64,000 bases of DNA from Eledone cirrhosa (taxonomy: Eukaryota), in the NCBI GenBank assembly GCA_964016885.1, contig OZ024743.1, positions 347,014,001-347,078,000 on the forward strand, in the 5' to 3' direction. The notes below the pieces were generated by a model, which saw nothing but the letters and a program-made list of their open reading frames with translations, was not told where the DNA came from and did no database searches. How positions within the stretch are numbered: position 1 is the stretch's first letter; every line of letters starts with the position of its first letter. The position numbers were made by a program, and so were the translations under genes. Positions 26,240 through 37,620 of the stretch are shown piece after piece.

Positions 26240-27971
26240 AACCGTGTAACAAAAATATTTTTTTTCTCTGTTCCTGGCTTGTAATCACTTTTTTTGTGTT
26301 GCTTAGGTCCCAAATAAATAATAAAGTGCTATTAAACAGTTAAAAGTTTCGGTTTGTAAAATTGTAAAACTCTAAGCTATTCACTAGAATTTATTTTATG
26401 CTGGATTTTACGTTGTATGTAAGTTTAATTTGCTTATGTTAAATGATTTTTTTTATATATGTTTCAGGTTAAATTAAAATTATAAAATAAAGAGTAATAC
26501 CTAAAGAAAATTATAAAAGTGTAATAAAGTATAACATTGTTAAAAAAGTGGATTAAAGAGATTTACTGATACTGGATTTTCGCACTTTGAATAAAGGGTA
26601 AGTTGTGTTTTAAGCATTCGTCTCCAGGATGAAGCAGTGGAACTTGCTCAAGGAGGAAGTGCAGGTGACAAGTCAGAGAAGTCGACACGAACCTTTCTCA
26701 GGCTTTTACACTCTTAGGGATAGCCTCTGCTTCTGCCATGACGTGCCTGGACTGTTTGACGTTATTGGGGTACCGTTTGTGTCCAAGCAGTGGCGGCTAT
26801 TTATAGACAGCTCCACCACAAGTTTGAAGGCTGTGCTCCTCCACAATGGAAACACGTTCCCGACACTGCCCCTGTGCTCATTCAGTCTGCCTGAAGGAAG
26901 ATTTTACTACAGTGTGAAAGTCCGTGAAAGTCCTCTTAAAGCACTGCAATACAACCAGTATAATTGGGAAATCATTGGAGACTTCAAGATGGTGGCTTTC
27001 CTGCTAGGACTCCAAGGAGGCTTTATCAAATTCCAATGCTGCCTCTGCTTTTGGGACAGCAGAGCCACCTCTGACCACTACAAAAGAAAGAACTGGGAGA
27101 AGCGAACAGAATTTGTAGTTGGGACCCGGAACGACATGTGGGAGCCATTGGTTGATCCCAGGATTGTGCCCATGCCGCCACTGCACACTAAGTTAGGGTT
27201 GATGAAGCAGTTTGTGAAGGCCACTTTTAAGTACCTTCTTGAGTTCTTCCCCAAGTTATCTGAGGCCAAAATCAAAGTTTGAATTTTTGTTGGACCTCAG
27301 ATAAAGAAGGTGTTTGAGTCTACAGAGTTCTCCAATAAGCTCAATAGGGTTGAGAGAACAGCATGGAACTGTTTCAAGGCAGTTGTTAAGGGCTTCGTGG
27401 GCAACTACAGAGCTGAAAACTGAAAACTACTGGTGCAGGATCTGATAAAGGCTTTTGGCGCCATAGGATGCAGGATGTCGCTTAAACTCCATATGCTGGA
27501 CGCTCACATGGAATAATTCAAGGACAATATGGGCGCCTACTTAGAAGAACAAGGCGAACGATTCCACCAAGATGGGAAAGAGATAGAACGGAGGTACCAG
27601 GGTTACTACAATGAAAAAATGATGGGGGACTATATCTGGGGGCTAGTGCGGCAATGCGACCTGGACTACAACCACAAAATCCAGGAAATCCAGTAATTTC
27701 TGACGGGTATAAGTTGTTTTATAAGTGTTATTTGTTTTTACTTGTTTGCTTTTAATACGCTTGTGTAATAAAATAAATATATACTCTGTTGATTTAATTA
27801 TATGAACTGATAAATTAAAAAAAAATGTTTTTTGTTGATATTTCAAAATATCAAAATCCTGACCACAAACCCAAACTTCTAATTAAATAATGGTGTTTCT
27901 TTATAATAATTGGACATAACACCCAGGAAATGATACTTAGAACCGGGGAACAAAAGATATCTTACGCGGTG
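26240..27971 (+). mobile_element. Chapaev3 (CMC superfamily) DNA transposon, internally deleted
   Basis: Termini (C>A)ACCGTGTAA / TTACGCGGTG, with a 3-bp TSD TTA on both sides. Confidence 0.85.
26629..27700 (+). pseudogene. Chapaev3 transposase, C-terminal part with stops and deletions
   Basis: Motifs WRLFIDSS..SLKAVLLHNGN, GDFKM..LLGLQGG, PPLHTKLGLMKQFVKA, GCRMSLKLH, EEQGERFHQD, MMGDYIWGL. Confidence 0.85.
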
Positions 27972-28089
27972 TTATCTGGCTTCGAGAAGATGAGAATATA
28001 CAACAACCGACACCGCCCACATAAACTTTAACTTTATCTGCAACAAATATCTTAATGGTCAAATTGTATTATTTAATGACACACCGCTA

Positions 28090-28282
28090 AGGCGGTGGAT
28101 TAGCAGTATTAGTAGAGGATCTGCTGCCATGCTTCGCAGCATAGAGCTACGGCCCTTTACGGTATAAGTTCAAATCCCGCCGAGGTTAACTTTACCTTTC
28201 GTCCTTACTGGGTCTATAAAATAAAGTACCAGTAATGTTATGGGCAATTGCTGGTCTTGTGCCAAACGTAGAAACAATTATT
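28090..28282 (+). mobile_element. Full-length SINE
   Basis: Head, core and tail present. TSD ATTATTTAATGAC. Confidence 0.85.
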
Positions 28283-28619
28283 TAATGACTCACTGTCTCA
28301 ATTCCATTCGATTTCATTCTCGTCATGTTTTTTATGTTAACATTTGATTAGGGTTTAATACTCACTATCGCTCATCTTTTTTCCGTTTTTCTCTCCTTGG
28401 AGATGTGAAAGAGTCAGAACCCCACGACTGGGCATAAACCGTTTCAGCAGCTGGTTCCAGCCTCGAACTAGGTGCTAAATCTTCAAGCACTCAGCCGTTG
28501 GGGTCTTGACATTTTTCATATAACCATATTCTATTACCCCAAGTAACGAGTACTCTGGTGAGTAATGGTCTAAGTAGTTTCTTACTGTATCCATCTTGAT
28601 TTATATATGTATCTATATG

Positions 28620-28698
<79 letters not shown>

Positions 28699-29199
28699 GT
28701 TTGTGTATGTGTGTATGTGTGTATGTGTATGCGTGCGTGTGCGTACGCGTGCGCATGTGTGAGCAAGTTTTCACACGATTTATGAGTGTGATTTTGTGGA
28801 TAAACTATTTAATTCACCCAAAGGAAATCAGGTATGCATAAATTTAGCAAGTACACATGTCTGCAAGAGATGTGTTAATCTCAAACATACACCTGTAAAC
28901 ACTTAAACACCATCAAAAGTAAATATATACAAACATATATACATACGAATATACATACATACTTATACACATAATTGTATGTGTGAGTCTTTATGTTTGC
29001 ATGTATATGTCTATAACTGTGTATGCGTATGAGACTCTCGTTGTCTCTCTCTCAGTCACCTTACGTACTATACATATGACAAACCCCAGTCATGACAAAA
29101 TTAATCAAAGTCAGTAGTTTTGCCTTAGTTTACATACAGATCGCTATTAACTTTGATTTAGTTATCAATCTGAATTAACTCTCTTTTTGGGGTGATATG

Positions 29200-29484
29200 A
29201 AGATTGCATAACCATGTAGGTATCTAACGTCTGTCTTAAGGAAGAAGGCTCATTTGGCCGGTGCCTATCCCGGTTTCATGGCGTGAAGCGACTCAGAGGA
29301 CAGGAAGCCAGTCCATCGCGGGTTTATACCCCCAGTTATTGTAGGTATCTATTTTCAGCTGAGTATACTGGATCAACGTCAAATGAAGCCTTTTGCTCAA
29401 GAACACAACATGCAACCCAGGAATCGAACCCACAACATTATGATCGTAAGTCCAATACCCTTACCACTAAGCCACGTGCCTCAA
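29200..29484 (-). mobile_element. Second tRNA-derived SINE family
   Basis: A-box TGGCTTAGTGG and B-box GGTTCGATTCC, followed by a TTGTGTTCTTGAGCAA body. Confidence 0.75.
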
Positions 29485-29514
29485 TGTATATATATATATA
29501 TATATATGATAACT

Positions 29515-30175
29515 GCCACATCTGCTGGCAAGTTTGTTGACTGAACAGGCTTTTCTACAGAACACGCTTTCTTGACACTTCCCATATGGTAAGTGTGAGC
29601 AGTGAATCCTAAAAAAGTGATTGCCCAGTCTCATAAGATTTCCACGAAGCATGTTGCTGTTCAACTTAACAGTGAAGTGACTTTAGGATAAGTCTCGAGA
29701 CATCCACGTGTAAATTTGTGATTTGGGCTTCTAACCGGTCGAGTCGAGTCTGCACACGTGGCCATCCTCTATCGCTGTGGCACTTGTAAAGAATTATTGC
29801 AGATAAATGTGGAAACTCTTTAGCACGCACGCTATACCTGCAACTAATTGTCCAGTGAAAAGACAAGGCAAGATAACAGCACAGTATCGGATATGCTATT
29901 GTCATGGAGTTTAACATCTCCAGTTGGTGTAGCAGTACTTACTACGCATGGCACATTGGTGAGACAATTTAGCCCATTGCTGAGGTAGATGGCCGTTGAC
30001 TGCAGAGTTCATTCGCCTTTTGACAGATTTTGTTTTTGTGCTGATTGGTTACCACTTACCCTCTTCGACAGAATAGTGTCTAGTGGGAGAGCCGGTTTAG
30101 TTGGCAACCACGCGTCGATTAAATAGGTTATAATGGGCCACCTGGTACCAGTAGGAGGCATATACCTGACCTGAA
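29515..30175 (-). mobile_element. Decayed RTE 5' region
   Basis: Starts TCAGGTCA; CTAAACCGGC and AACGGCCATC match the bipartite RTE 5' ends. Confidence 0.55.
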
Positions 30176-31102
30176 ATACATGTGAATATGTCTACATATA
30201 TATACATATATATATATGTGTGTGTGTGTGTGTGTATATAACATTTCTATGTGTCTGTGTGTGACATTATCAGTCATACTAACACATACACACACAGTAG
30301 GAGATATATTTGAATGTTAAAGATAGTGGGGCATGTAGCAATGGTTGTGTTTATATATATAAAGTTCAGCTGTCTTTATATGAAAGGTAAGACAGAAATA
30401 GATCACCGTTTCTGTAAGTTGTTCCTGCGAGGAAATTTTAGTTCTAAAAATATAAATACTCCTATACTTAGTTTTCATGTATAAATGTCAATTTAGAATG
30501 TATGTATTGTGAAACTCTCAGATTTACATGCATGCACTCATACACGCGTATAACGTTGTATATTTTGTAACAATGAACATGAGAGATTATGGGTATTTAT
30601 ATCGATGCATATCTACAATTTGTAAGTATGAATACACAAACTGACATGTATATATATATGTGTGTGTGTATGTGTGTGTGTGTGTATGTGTGTGTGTATG
30701 TGTGTGTGTGCGTGTGTGTGCATGCCCGTGTGTACGTGTGTGCGTGCGTATTTGTTCGTGTATCATCCATTATGATTTCTAATAGATGAAATAATTGTAC
30801 ACCTGTAGAAGTCATTTGTATATCATATAAATATCATATAGATATGTGTCTTCTCTACTAATCTAGCGTGTACCTTATTTATCTGTGTTCCGGAAAACCA
30901 GTCAATATCTCTATATTTGAGAGTTTGGAATTTGCTGTTGAAACTGCAAAAGCTCAGCCGTCGGGCCTCGAGTCTCAAATATAGTTGCACTCTAATATGC
31001 CGAGTATAGTGTCCTCTGTAGTTTAAAACTGGTCTCTCTCTCTCTCTCTCACTCAATCTCTCTCTATCTATCTACCTCTTTCTTTGACCACCCCGCTCTC
31101 TC

Positions 31103-31174
<72 letters not shown>

Positions 31175-32450
31175 GAAAGAGAGAGAGAAAGAAAGAGAGT
31201 GAGAGAGAGAGAGCAAGGAATGGGAGAGAGTAGGTGAGTGAGAAAGAGATCAATCAATAAGAATATGTATTTATTTGCATTTTATGTTTATGTAGCATCT
31301 ATGTACATATCATGTTTGTCTGTGTCCTTAAATCTAGCAGTTTGACATTAAAAAAAATCAATAAAGGTGTACCTTCTTTGAAAAGCATGTACTTGGGTTA
31401 ACTATCTACTTTCTATGCATCATTCATATATATATCCTCGTATATTGCACTAAGCTTGATTCATTTCCACTTTTATTAAACTCTCTGCCGGTTGGTTTAG
31501 ACAAAAGATATATTTACTTCATAATTGCAAGGCATTTATTCGGATAGTTATCATAACTGTTCATTCCTCTCAGTTAATTTTCAATTTCATTTTTAATGTT
31601 AATTTCAGCGTAAATAAACGCTGTGTATTCTGTGTTATTCCGTTGCGGAATTGATATGATATTCAGCTAGGATATAAGATCTGTGTTTAAAGCGCTCACA
31701 CACTTGTTACTCTTCTAAGGCTCTGAAATATGATCCCTCAATGTCGTAAAGGTTTTCAAGCCCTGTGGCCCCAATTAGACAGTAATAACGAGTGCTACTC
31801 TAAAACAATAAGAATGTTAAGATAAGCTCAAGATCTCGTTGCATCGCATCTCTTCGGAACTGGCTGCTTTAATATCTATGAGATTCTGCAATGGAATAGG
31901 CAATGACTTTGTTTGACATGGAGTTAAAAAGAAACAACAAAAAATGCAAACATCCTTATGCAGGATGCAAACTCAGAGGAGTGAAAAATAAAAAAAATAA
32001 AAAAAACAATCACATTTTAATCATTCAATGATTATTCTACTTTTATATAATGCACAAATACAATTGCACATAAATAACTAGCGAATCAGATAACCAGTAT
32101 ACCAATGTCTCTGAACGCGTGGCACTCGGCATAACACAGTAAAGCAATTTGTATATTTAGGTTGTCACTTTTTCTAACTTTTACATTTTATATATTTTAA
32201 CATCAAACATTTTGACCAGTATCGTTATTGGAAAAAGGAGCAATAAATTTATGATCTATGGCCATTCTATCAGTTAGAAATAGCAAAGAAATCTATCTTA
32301 AATCTCATCATAGAGTTTTATAAGATGAAGCATACATTTGATAGTGTATGCCAATATATATTTCCGTATAGATGAGAATACGTGTAGGTCACATCTCGAA
32401 TAAAACTGGAGCAAAAATGCAGGAATACACATTTCTACGAGTACAAACAT

Positions 32451-32513
<63 letters not shown>

Positions 32514-32517
<4 letters not shown>

Positions 32518-33470
32518 ACATAAACAGAGAAAGCCTTAAGTGATACTCCGACCAACTCCATCTCACTCAACAAACATTAGGATATACCAATTATCTCAAT
32601 TTAGTGTTTGGGGTGCTAACTAATCAGTATTTCGTGGATAGCTGGTTGTATTATTTTATATGAAACATTATTAAATAAATATCTCTTTCCTTCCAGACGG
32701 CCGTTTCGCTATAAGATTTCTATAATTTGGGATAAATAATTTCCAGGTTATGTAGAAACTTGTATATAATCCATTGTTTTATACACAAGCGGGCTCTTAT
32801 AAATTCATCAGTGGATGCCCAAATAATATCGATATAAGAATTAAATCGCCATTAATAGAATGGTGATGGTCTCCCTCAGCGCTAAAAAGAGACTGGTAGA
32901 TTAGAAAATCCAGCAGTCCTCCCAAAGAAAAAATACACGCTGTCCCCAAAAGGGTAAAGGGAGGTCATCTTAAAATAAAACAATATACACGCTGGTATTA
33001 ACCACGTGTATAAGAACTCAATTGGAAATTAAAAGAATAACCATATGTATACACAACCAATGCACACACAGAGATATTAAAACATAATAAATACATGTAT
33101 GGATCACCCATATACACACATAGCCATTCTCTAAGGCTAAATCAGACATGGTATACAAGGAAGATCAATCAGTATTTCATAAAAAGATAATAATAATAAA
33201 GAGAGTCATACCTTATATCTGGAAATCATAGGCTCCCAAGAGTATATATTCAATACATAAACAGAGAAAGCCTTAAGCGATACTCCGAGAAACTCCATCT
33301 CACTCAACAAACATTAGGATATACTTAAGTATTATCCCAATTTAGTGTTTAGGGTGCTAACTAATCAGTATTTCGTGGATAACTGGTTGTATTATTTTAT
33401 ATAAGACATTATTAAATAAATATCTTTCCTTCCAGACGGCCGTTTCGTTATAAGATTTCTACAATTTTGG
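32514..33470 (-). mobile_element. Non-coding head-to-tail repeat, period ~738 bp, one hammerhead per unit
   Basis: 32514-32730 is repeated at 33251-33470. No ORF. (TA)n flanks. Confidence 0.75.
32692..32815 (-). ncRNA. Type I hammerhead with ~95-nt branched stem II
   Basis: TCCA-CTGATGA-..TATAAGA[two hairpins]TCTTATA..-GAAA-CGGCCG-TC-TGGA; triplet GUC. Confidence 0.75.
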
Positions 33471-33479
33471 ATATATATA

Positions 33480-34400
33480 TAGTAATAATAATAAATGTGG
33501 AGACTAAAATCCTAAGAGGGCTCGCTAAGGATAAATATATATCAAATATATAAGAACCCTAGAGCAAATATTTATTACAATAACGGATTAAAGTTTAAGC
33601 AAAGAATCGCTGCTTTCTGCTTTCACCCTTAACGGGATCTTCTGAAACTAAAAAAAAAAAATCAATCTTTGAGCGCAGAAGTAAATATTTCGAAAAACGT
33701 TGCAACCGAAGGAAAATAGGAAGACGATATTTTGGTTCGAGAAGACGTTCCCTGGCAATTAACGGAATAAAGCGAAGATAATACGTCGTTATGTGGAATA
33801 TTGAGAACAAATAAACGCAAAGTCGTAGACTAATATTATATTTAGGAAACCGAATGATTCTCGGCTTCGGAGTTAAGAATAATTGTTTCTACTTTTGGCA
33901 CAAGGCCAGCAATTATTCCAGTGTATTACTGGTGCTTTATTTTATCGACCCTGTAAGGATGAAAAGCAAAGTTAAGAATAATGTAAATAAATTAGTAGAA
34001 CGAAAATGACAGAAGTTATTAAAATCATAAAAGTAATAAAAATAAAATATATCATACACACATCTATATAGGTACATACACGTGCATACGCGAAAACACC
34101 CGTCATGCACGTACACGTACACATAAACACGCGCACACATACATAAACACGCACACATACGAACGTATACACCAATTACACATAACAAATATATAGTTAT
34201 ATAAACGTATATAAATATACACACATAAATACGTATATAACGCTCACACACACAATCCTCCAGGTAAATACACATATATTCACCAAACGTACGTATTCCA
34301 AAACTCAATGTACATATATACACACCTTACATACGTGCAAACACGCATACATGCATACACAAACAAACACAAAATACACATAACCATATATGTATATATA
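33480..34400 (-). mobile_element. CAGAAGA-HHR family copy (HHR 33592-33649) with a nested truncated SINE (33884-33975)
   Basis: Homologous to 59480-60420. The SINE is flanked by a 13-bp duplication AGTTAAGAATAAT. Confidence 0.7.
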
Positions 34401-34489
34401 ATAGCTACACGCTACTGTCCCACGTACCGAGTATACTGTTAAATGATGGTTTAACTAGTTTAATACTGGTTTAATTTATATATATATAT

Positions 34490-34664
34490 ATTAAAATAAC
34501 ATATTAAAGTTTAAGCAAAAATCGCTGCTTTCACCCTTAACGGGATCTTCTGAAACTTTAATCTGTTATTTTAATAAATATTTGCTCTACGGTTCTTATA
34601 TATTTGATATATATTTATCCTTATCGAGCCCTCTTTGGATTTAAGTCTTCAAATTTATTTTTAT

Positions 34665-34670
<6 letters not shown>
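34490..34670. mobile_element. CAGAAGA-HHR family inversion junction (HHR 34508-34557 -)
   Basis: Orientation switches exactly at the stem I pentamer AAACT (34553-34557). Confidence 0.75.
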
Positions 34671-34721
<51 letters not shown>

Positions 34722-34725
<4 letters not shown>

Positions 34726-35026
34726 GAGCGTAGTCATCAGACAGAAGTCCGGCGTGAGGGACGTCATCACGGAATATATGCGCAGCAAGTTCAGATGGGC
34801 TGGACACGTCGCCCGGTTCACCGATAATCGATGGACCCGCGCAGTTGCCGAGTGGTACCCGCGAAAGCGGAAACGACCACTCGGAAGGCATCCACGAGGT
34901 CCTCCACGAGTTACTATTTTGAGAATACGATTGGAACTACATGGATGCACGATTCAGAGAGGCATGGACGGCGTGCTGTGACCAGCGGCGCTGAATGGAT
35001 GCCCGACAGACTAGTCCGTCAAGGTG

Positions 35027-35027
<1 letters not shown>
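34722..35027 (+). mobile_element. 5'-truncated RTE 3' fragment in (TA)n
   Basis: Reads IRQKSGVRDVI..KFRWAGHVARFTDNRWTRAVAEWYPRKRKRPLGR. Confidence 0.85.
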
Positions 35028-35061
<34 letters not shown>

Positions 35062-35234
35062 TAATTTAATATATCTACTAACATAAGCGCACAGATGTAC
35101 GCCAATGCCAGCAAATACACAGGTTATGTCATAGTACCTAGGTGGTTCGATGCAGGAGAATGCAGAACAATAATATAAAAGACGTAAAATAAGAACATTT
35201 AAAAAAAAAATTAACTTACTTACTTAAATTTTCA

Positions 35235-35314
35235 CTCCAACTAATTAGTTTCTGCAATGGGATAAAGACAGTTACGTAATGAACCGTTGAGAATTTCATT
35301 GCGTCATCAGGGAG
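35235..35314 (-). ncRNA. Hammerhead ribozyme, copy 1
   Basis: Reverse complement of 35784-35863. Confidence 0.75.
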
Positions 35315-35783
35315 GTCATTCTCAGCCGAGTCTCCAGGCGATGCGCGGACACTGGCGACTCATATAAAAATAATAATAATTCGGTAAATGGAACAGCTAT
35401 CGAGGACTGGATTCCAGCTACTGAAAATTCTCACTACCACTGATCATATGGCCGATTCTAAAGAATCAATCACGTGACACAGAGGCTAGTCAGTAGGAAT
35501 GGGGTGGTAAGATGACAAGCGCCTACTAACACCCCCAAAACCACTTCTAAAAATGTTTTTTGGGGGTGTTAGTAGGCGCTTGTCATCTTACCACCCCATT
35601 CCTACTGACTAGCCTCTGTGTCACGTGATTGATTCTTTAGAATCGGCCATATGATCAGTGGCAGTGAGAATTTTCAGTAGCTGGAATCCAGTCCTCGATA
35701 GCTGTTCCATCTACCGAATTATTATTATTTTTATATGAGTCGCCAGTGTCCGCGCATCGCCTGGAGACTCGGCTGAGAATGAC

Positions 35784-35863
35784 CTCCCTGATGACGCAAT
35801 GAAATTCTCAACGGTTCATTACGTAACTGTCTTTATCCCATTGCAGAAACTAATTAGTTGGAG
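35784..35863 (+). ncRNA. Hammerhead ribozyme, copy 2
   Basis: CTCC-CTGATGA-CGCAATG..CATTGCA-GAAA-CTAATTAG-TT-GGAG; palindromic stem III; triplet GUU. Confidence 0.78.
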
Positions 35864-36327
35864 TGAAAATTTAAGTAAGTAAGTTAATTTTTTTAAAAAA
35901 TTTTCTTATTTACGTCTTTTATATTATTGTTCTGCATTCTCCTGCATCGAACCACCCAGGTACTATGACATAACCTGTGTATTTGCTGGCATTGGCGTAC
36001 ATCTGTGCGCTTATGTTAGTAGATATATTAAATTATCTATATTTATCTCCAAATCACTGATTTGTCGAGCAAACCTGCCAAAACCACTTCTAAAAATTTT
36101 TTTTGGGGGGTGTTAGTAGGCGCTTGTCATCTTACCACCCCATTCCTACTGACTAGCCTCTGTGTCACGTGATTGATTCTTTAGAATCGGCCATATGATC
36201 AGTGGCAGTGAGAATTTTCAGTAGCTGGAATCCAGTCCTCGATAGCTGTTCCATTTACCGAATTATTATTATTTTTATATGAGTCGCCAGTGTCCGCGCA
36301 TCGCCTGGAGACTCGGCTGAGAATGAC

Positions 36328-36407
36328 CTCCCTGATGACGCAATGAAATTCTCAACGGTTCATTACGTAACTGTCTTTATCCCATTGCAGAAACTAATTA
36401 GTTGGAG
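36328..36407 (+). ncRNA. Hammerhead ribozyme, copy 3
   Basis: Identical motif 544 nt downstream of copy 2. Confidence 0.78.
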
Positions 36408-36524
36408 TGAAAATTTAAGTAAGTAAGATAATTTTTTAAAAAGATTTTCTTATTTACGTCTTTTATATATATATATATATATATATAATATAAGATCAAA
36501 AGATGGTTAAAGGAGTTCCATGTA

Positions 36525-36591
36525 TTTTATTATGCGCATTTCAAAAACAAACATCATCATGCAATAATATTTGTGTTTTCATCAGATAAAA
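36525..36591 (-). ncRNA. PLE pLTR hammerhead
   Basis: TTTTAT-CTGATGA-AAACA..TGTTT..-GAAA-TGCGCA-TA-ATAAAA. Confidence 0.8.
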
Positions 36592-37620
36592 CAGGAGAAC
36601 ATGATATGAAGGCTAAAAAACACTTGTGGATAGTGCAGTTTTAAATCAACATATGAAAAGTGGTTTTAGATTGATGTGTGATATTGGGAAAAATATTTTA
36701 TTTAGAGAGGGGGGGGAGGATGAAAAAGGGGAGGAGATGAGAGGGAGAGATGGGTGATAGAGAGAAAGAGATAGTTTTTATAACTGAGAGAAGATATATT
36801 GTTTTACATAGGTTGAAAACCGTTGGAAGATAATGTATAAATTAAAAGAATTTGAAAATTAACGAAGGGAAGATATGTGCGAGGAAAAAATATTTTATTT
36901 AGGGAGGGGGGGAGGATGAAAAAAGGGGGAGGAGATGAGAGTGAAGCTGGAGAGGGAGAGAAGGGTGATAGAGAGAAAGAGATAGTTTTCATAACTGAGA
37001 AAAGATATATTGTTTTACATAGAGAGGTTGAGAACCGTTGGAAGATAATGTATAAATTAAAGGAATTTGAAAATTAACGAAGGGAATTTATGTATGAAGA
37101 TAGAGAGAAAAAATAATAATTGTGGATGAATATTCTAACGTCAAAAAAAGTGTATGTTGATAAGTGTTGTGGCTATTTCAAAATTAACGAAGAGAAAAAA
37201 TTATTAAGGTTTGTGTGTAGAAGGATTTGAGAAAAATAATGTGAAGTTAAAGTTTGTATATTGAAGGAATTGATAATATATGCGAATAAAGAGTTAATAT
37301 GTATTAAGAATGAGTTCGTTGATGGGGAGAAAAAAAAAAAAAAAATTAATAATAAATTAAGGATGAAATTGAGATTAAAAAGTTTTATGATAGAGAGAAA
37401 AAATAATAATAATTGCGGATGAATATTCTAACGTCAAAAAAACAAATGTATATGTTATGAAGGATTTTACAAGGTGAAGATAGAAAGAGGGTAATGAGTA
37501 AACAAGTATTATAGAGTGTATAATGCCCTTTGAAGTAAGGTAGGAAGATGGGTATATTTTAAAGAGGTGTATGTATATGTGCCTTTGAGAAAAGATTCTA
37601 AATTGATAAAGAATTGAATA

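Larger units (their letters stand above)
35057..36466. mobile_element. Young non-coding hammerhead element: 1.7 tandem units of ~544 bp plus a 480-bp inverted copy
   Basis: Arms 35057-35540 / 35558-36040 are near-identical. 35535-35925 is repeated from 36078. (TA)n on both ends. Confidence 0.85.

Noticed and set aside
26590-26630. GTAAG..CAG as an intron in the Chapaev3 element
   Set aside because: It is too short, and the downstream part reads as transposase (SRMKQWNLL). An internal deletion junction is more likely.
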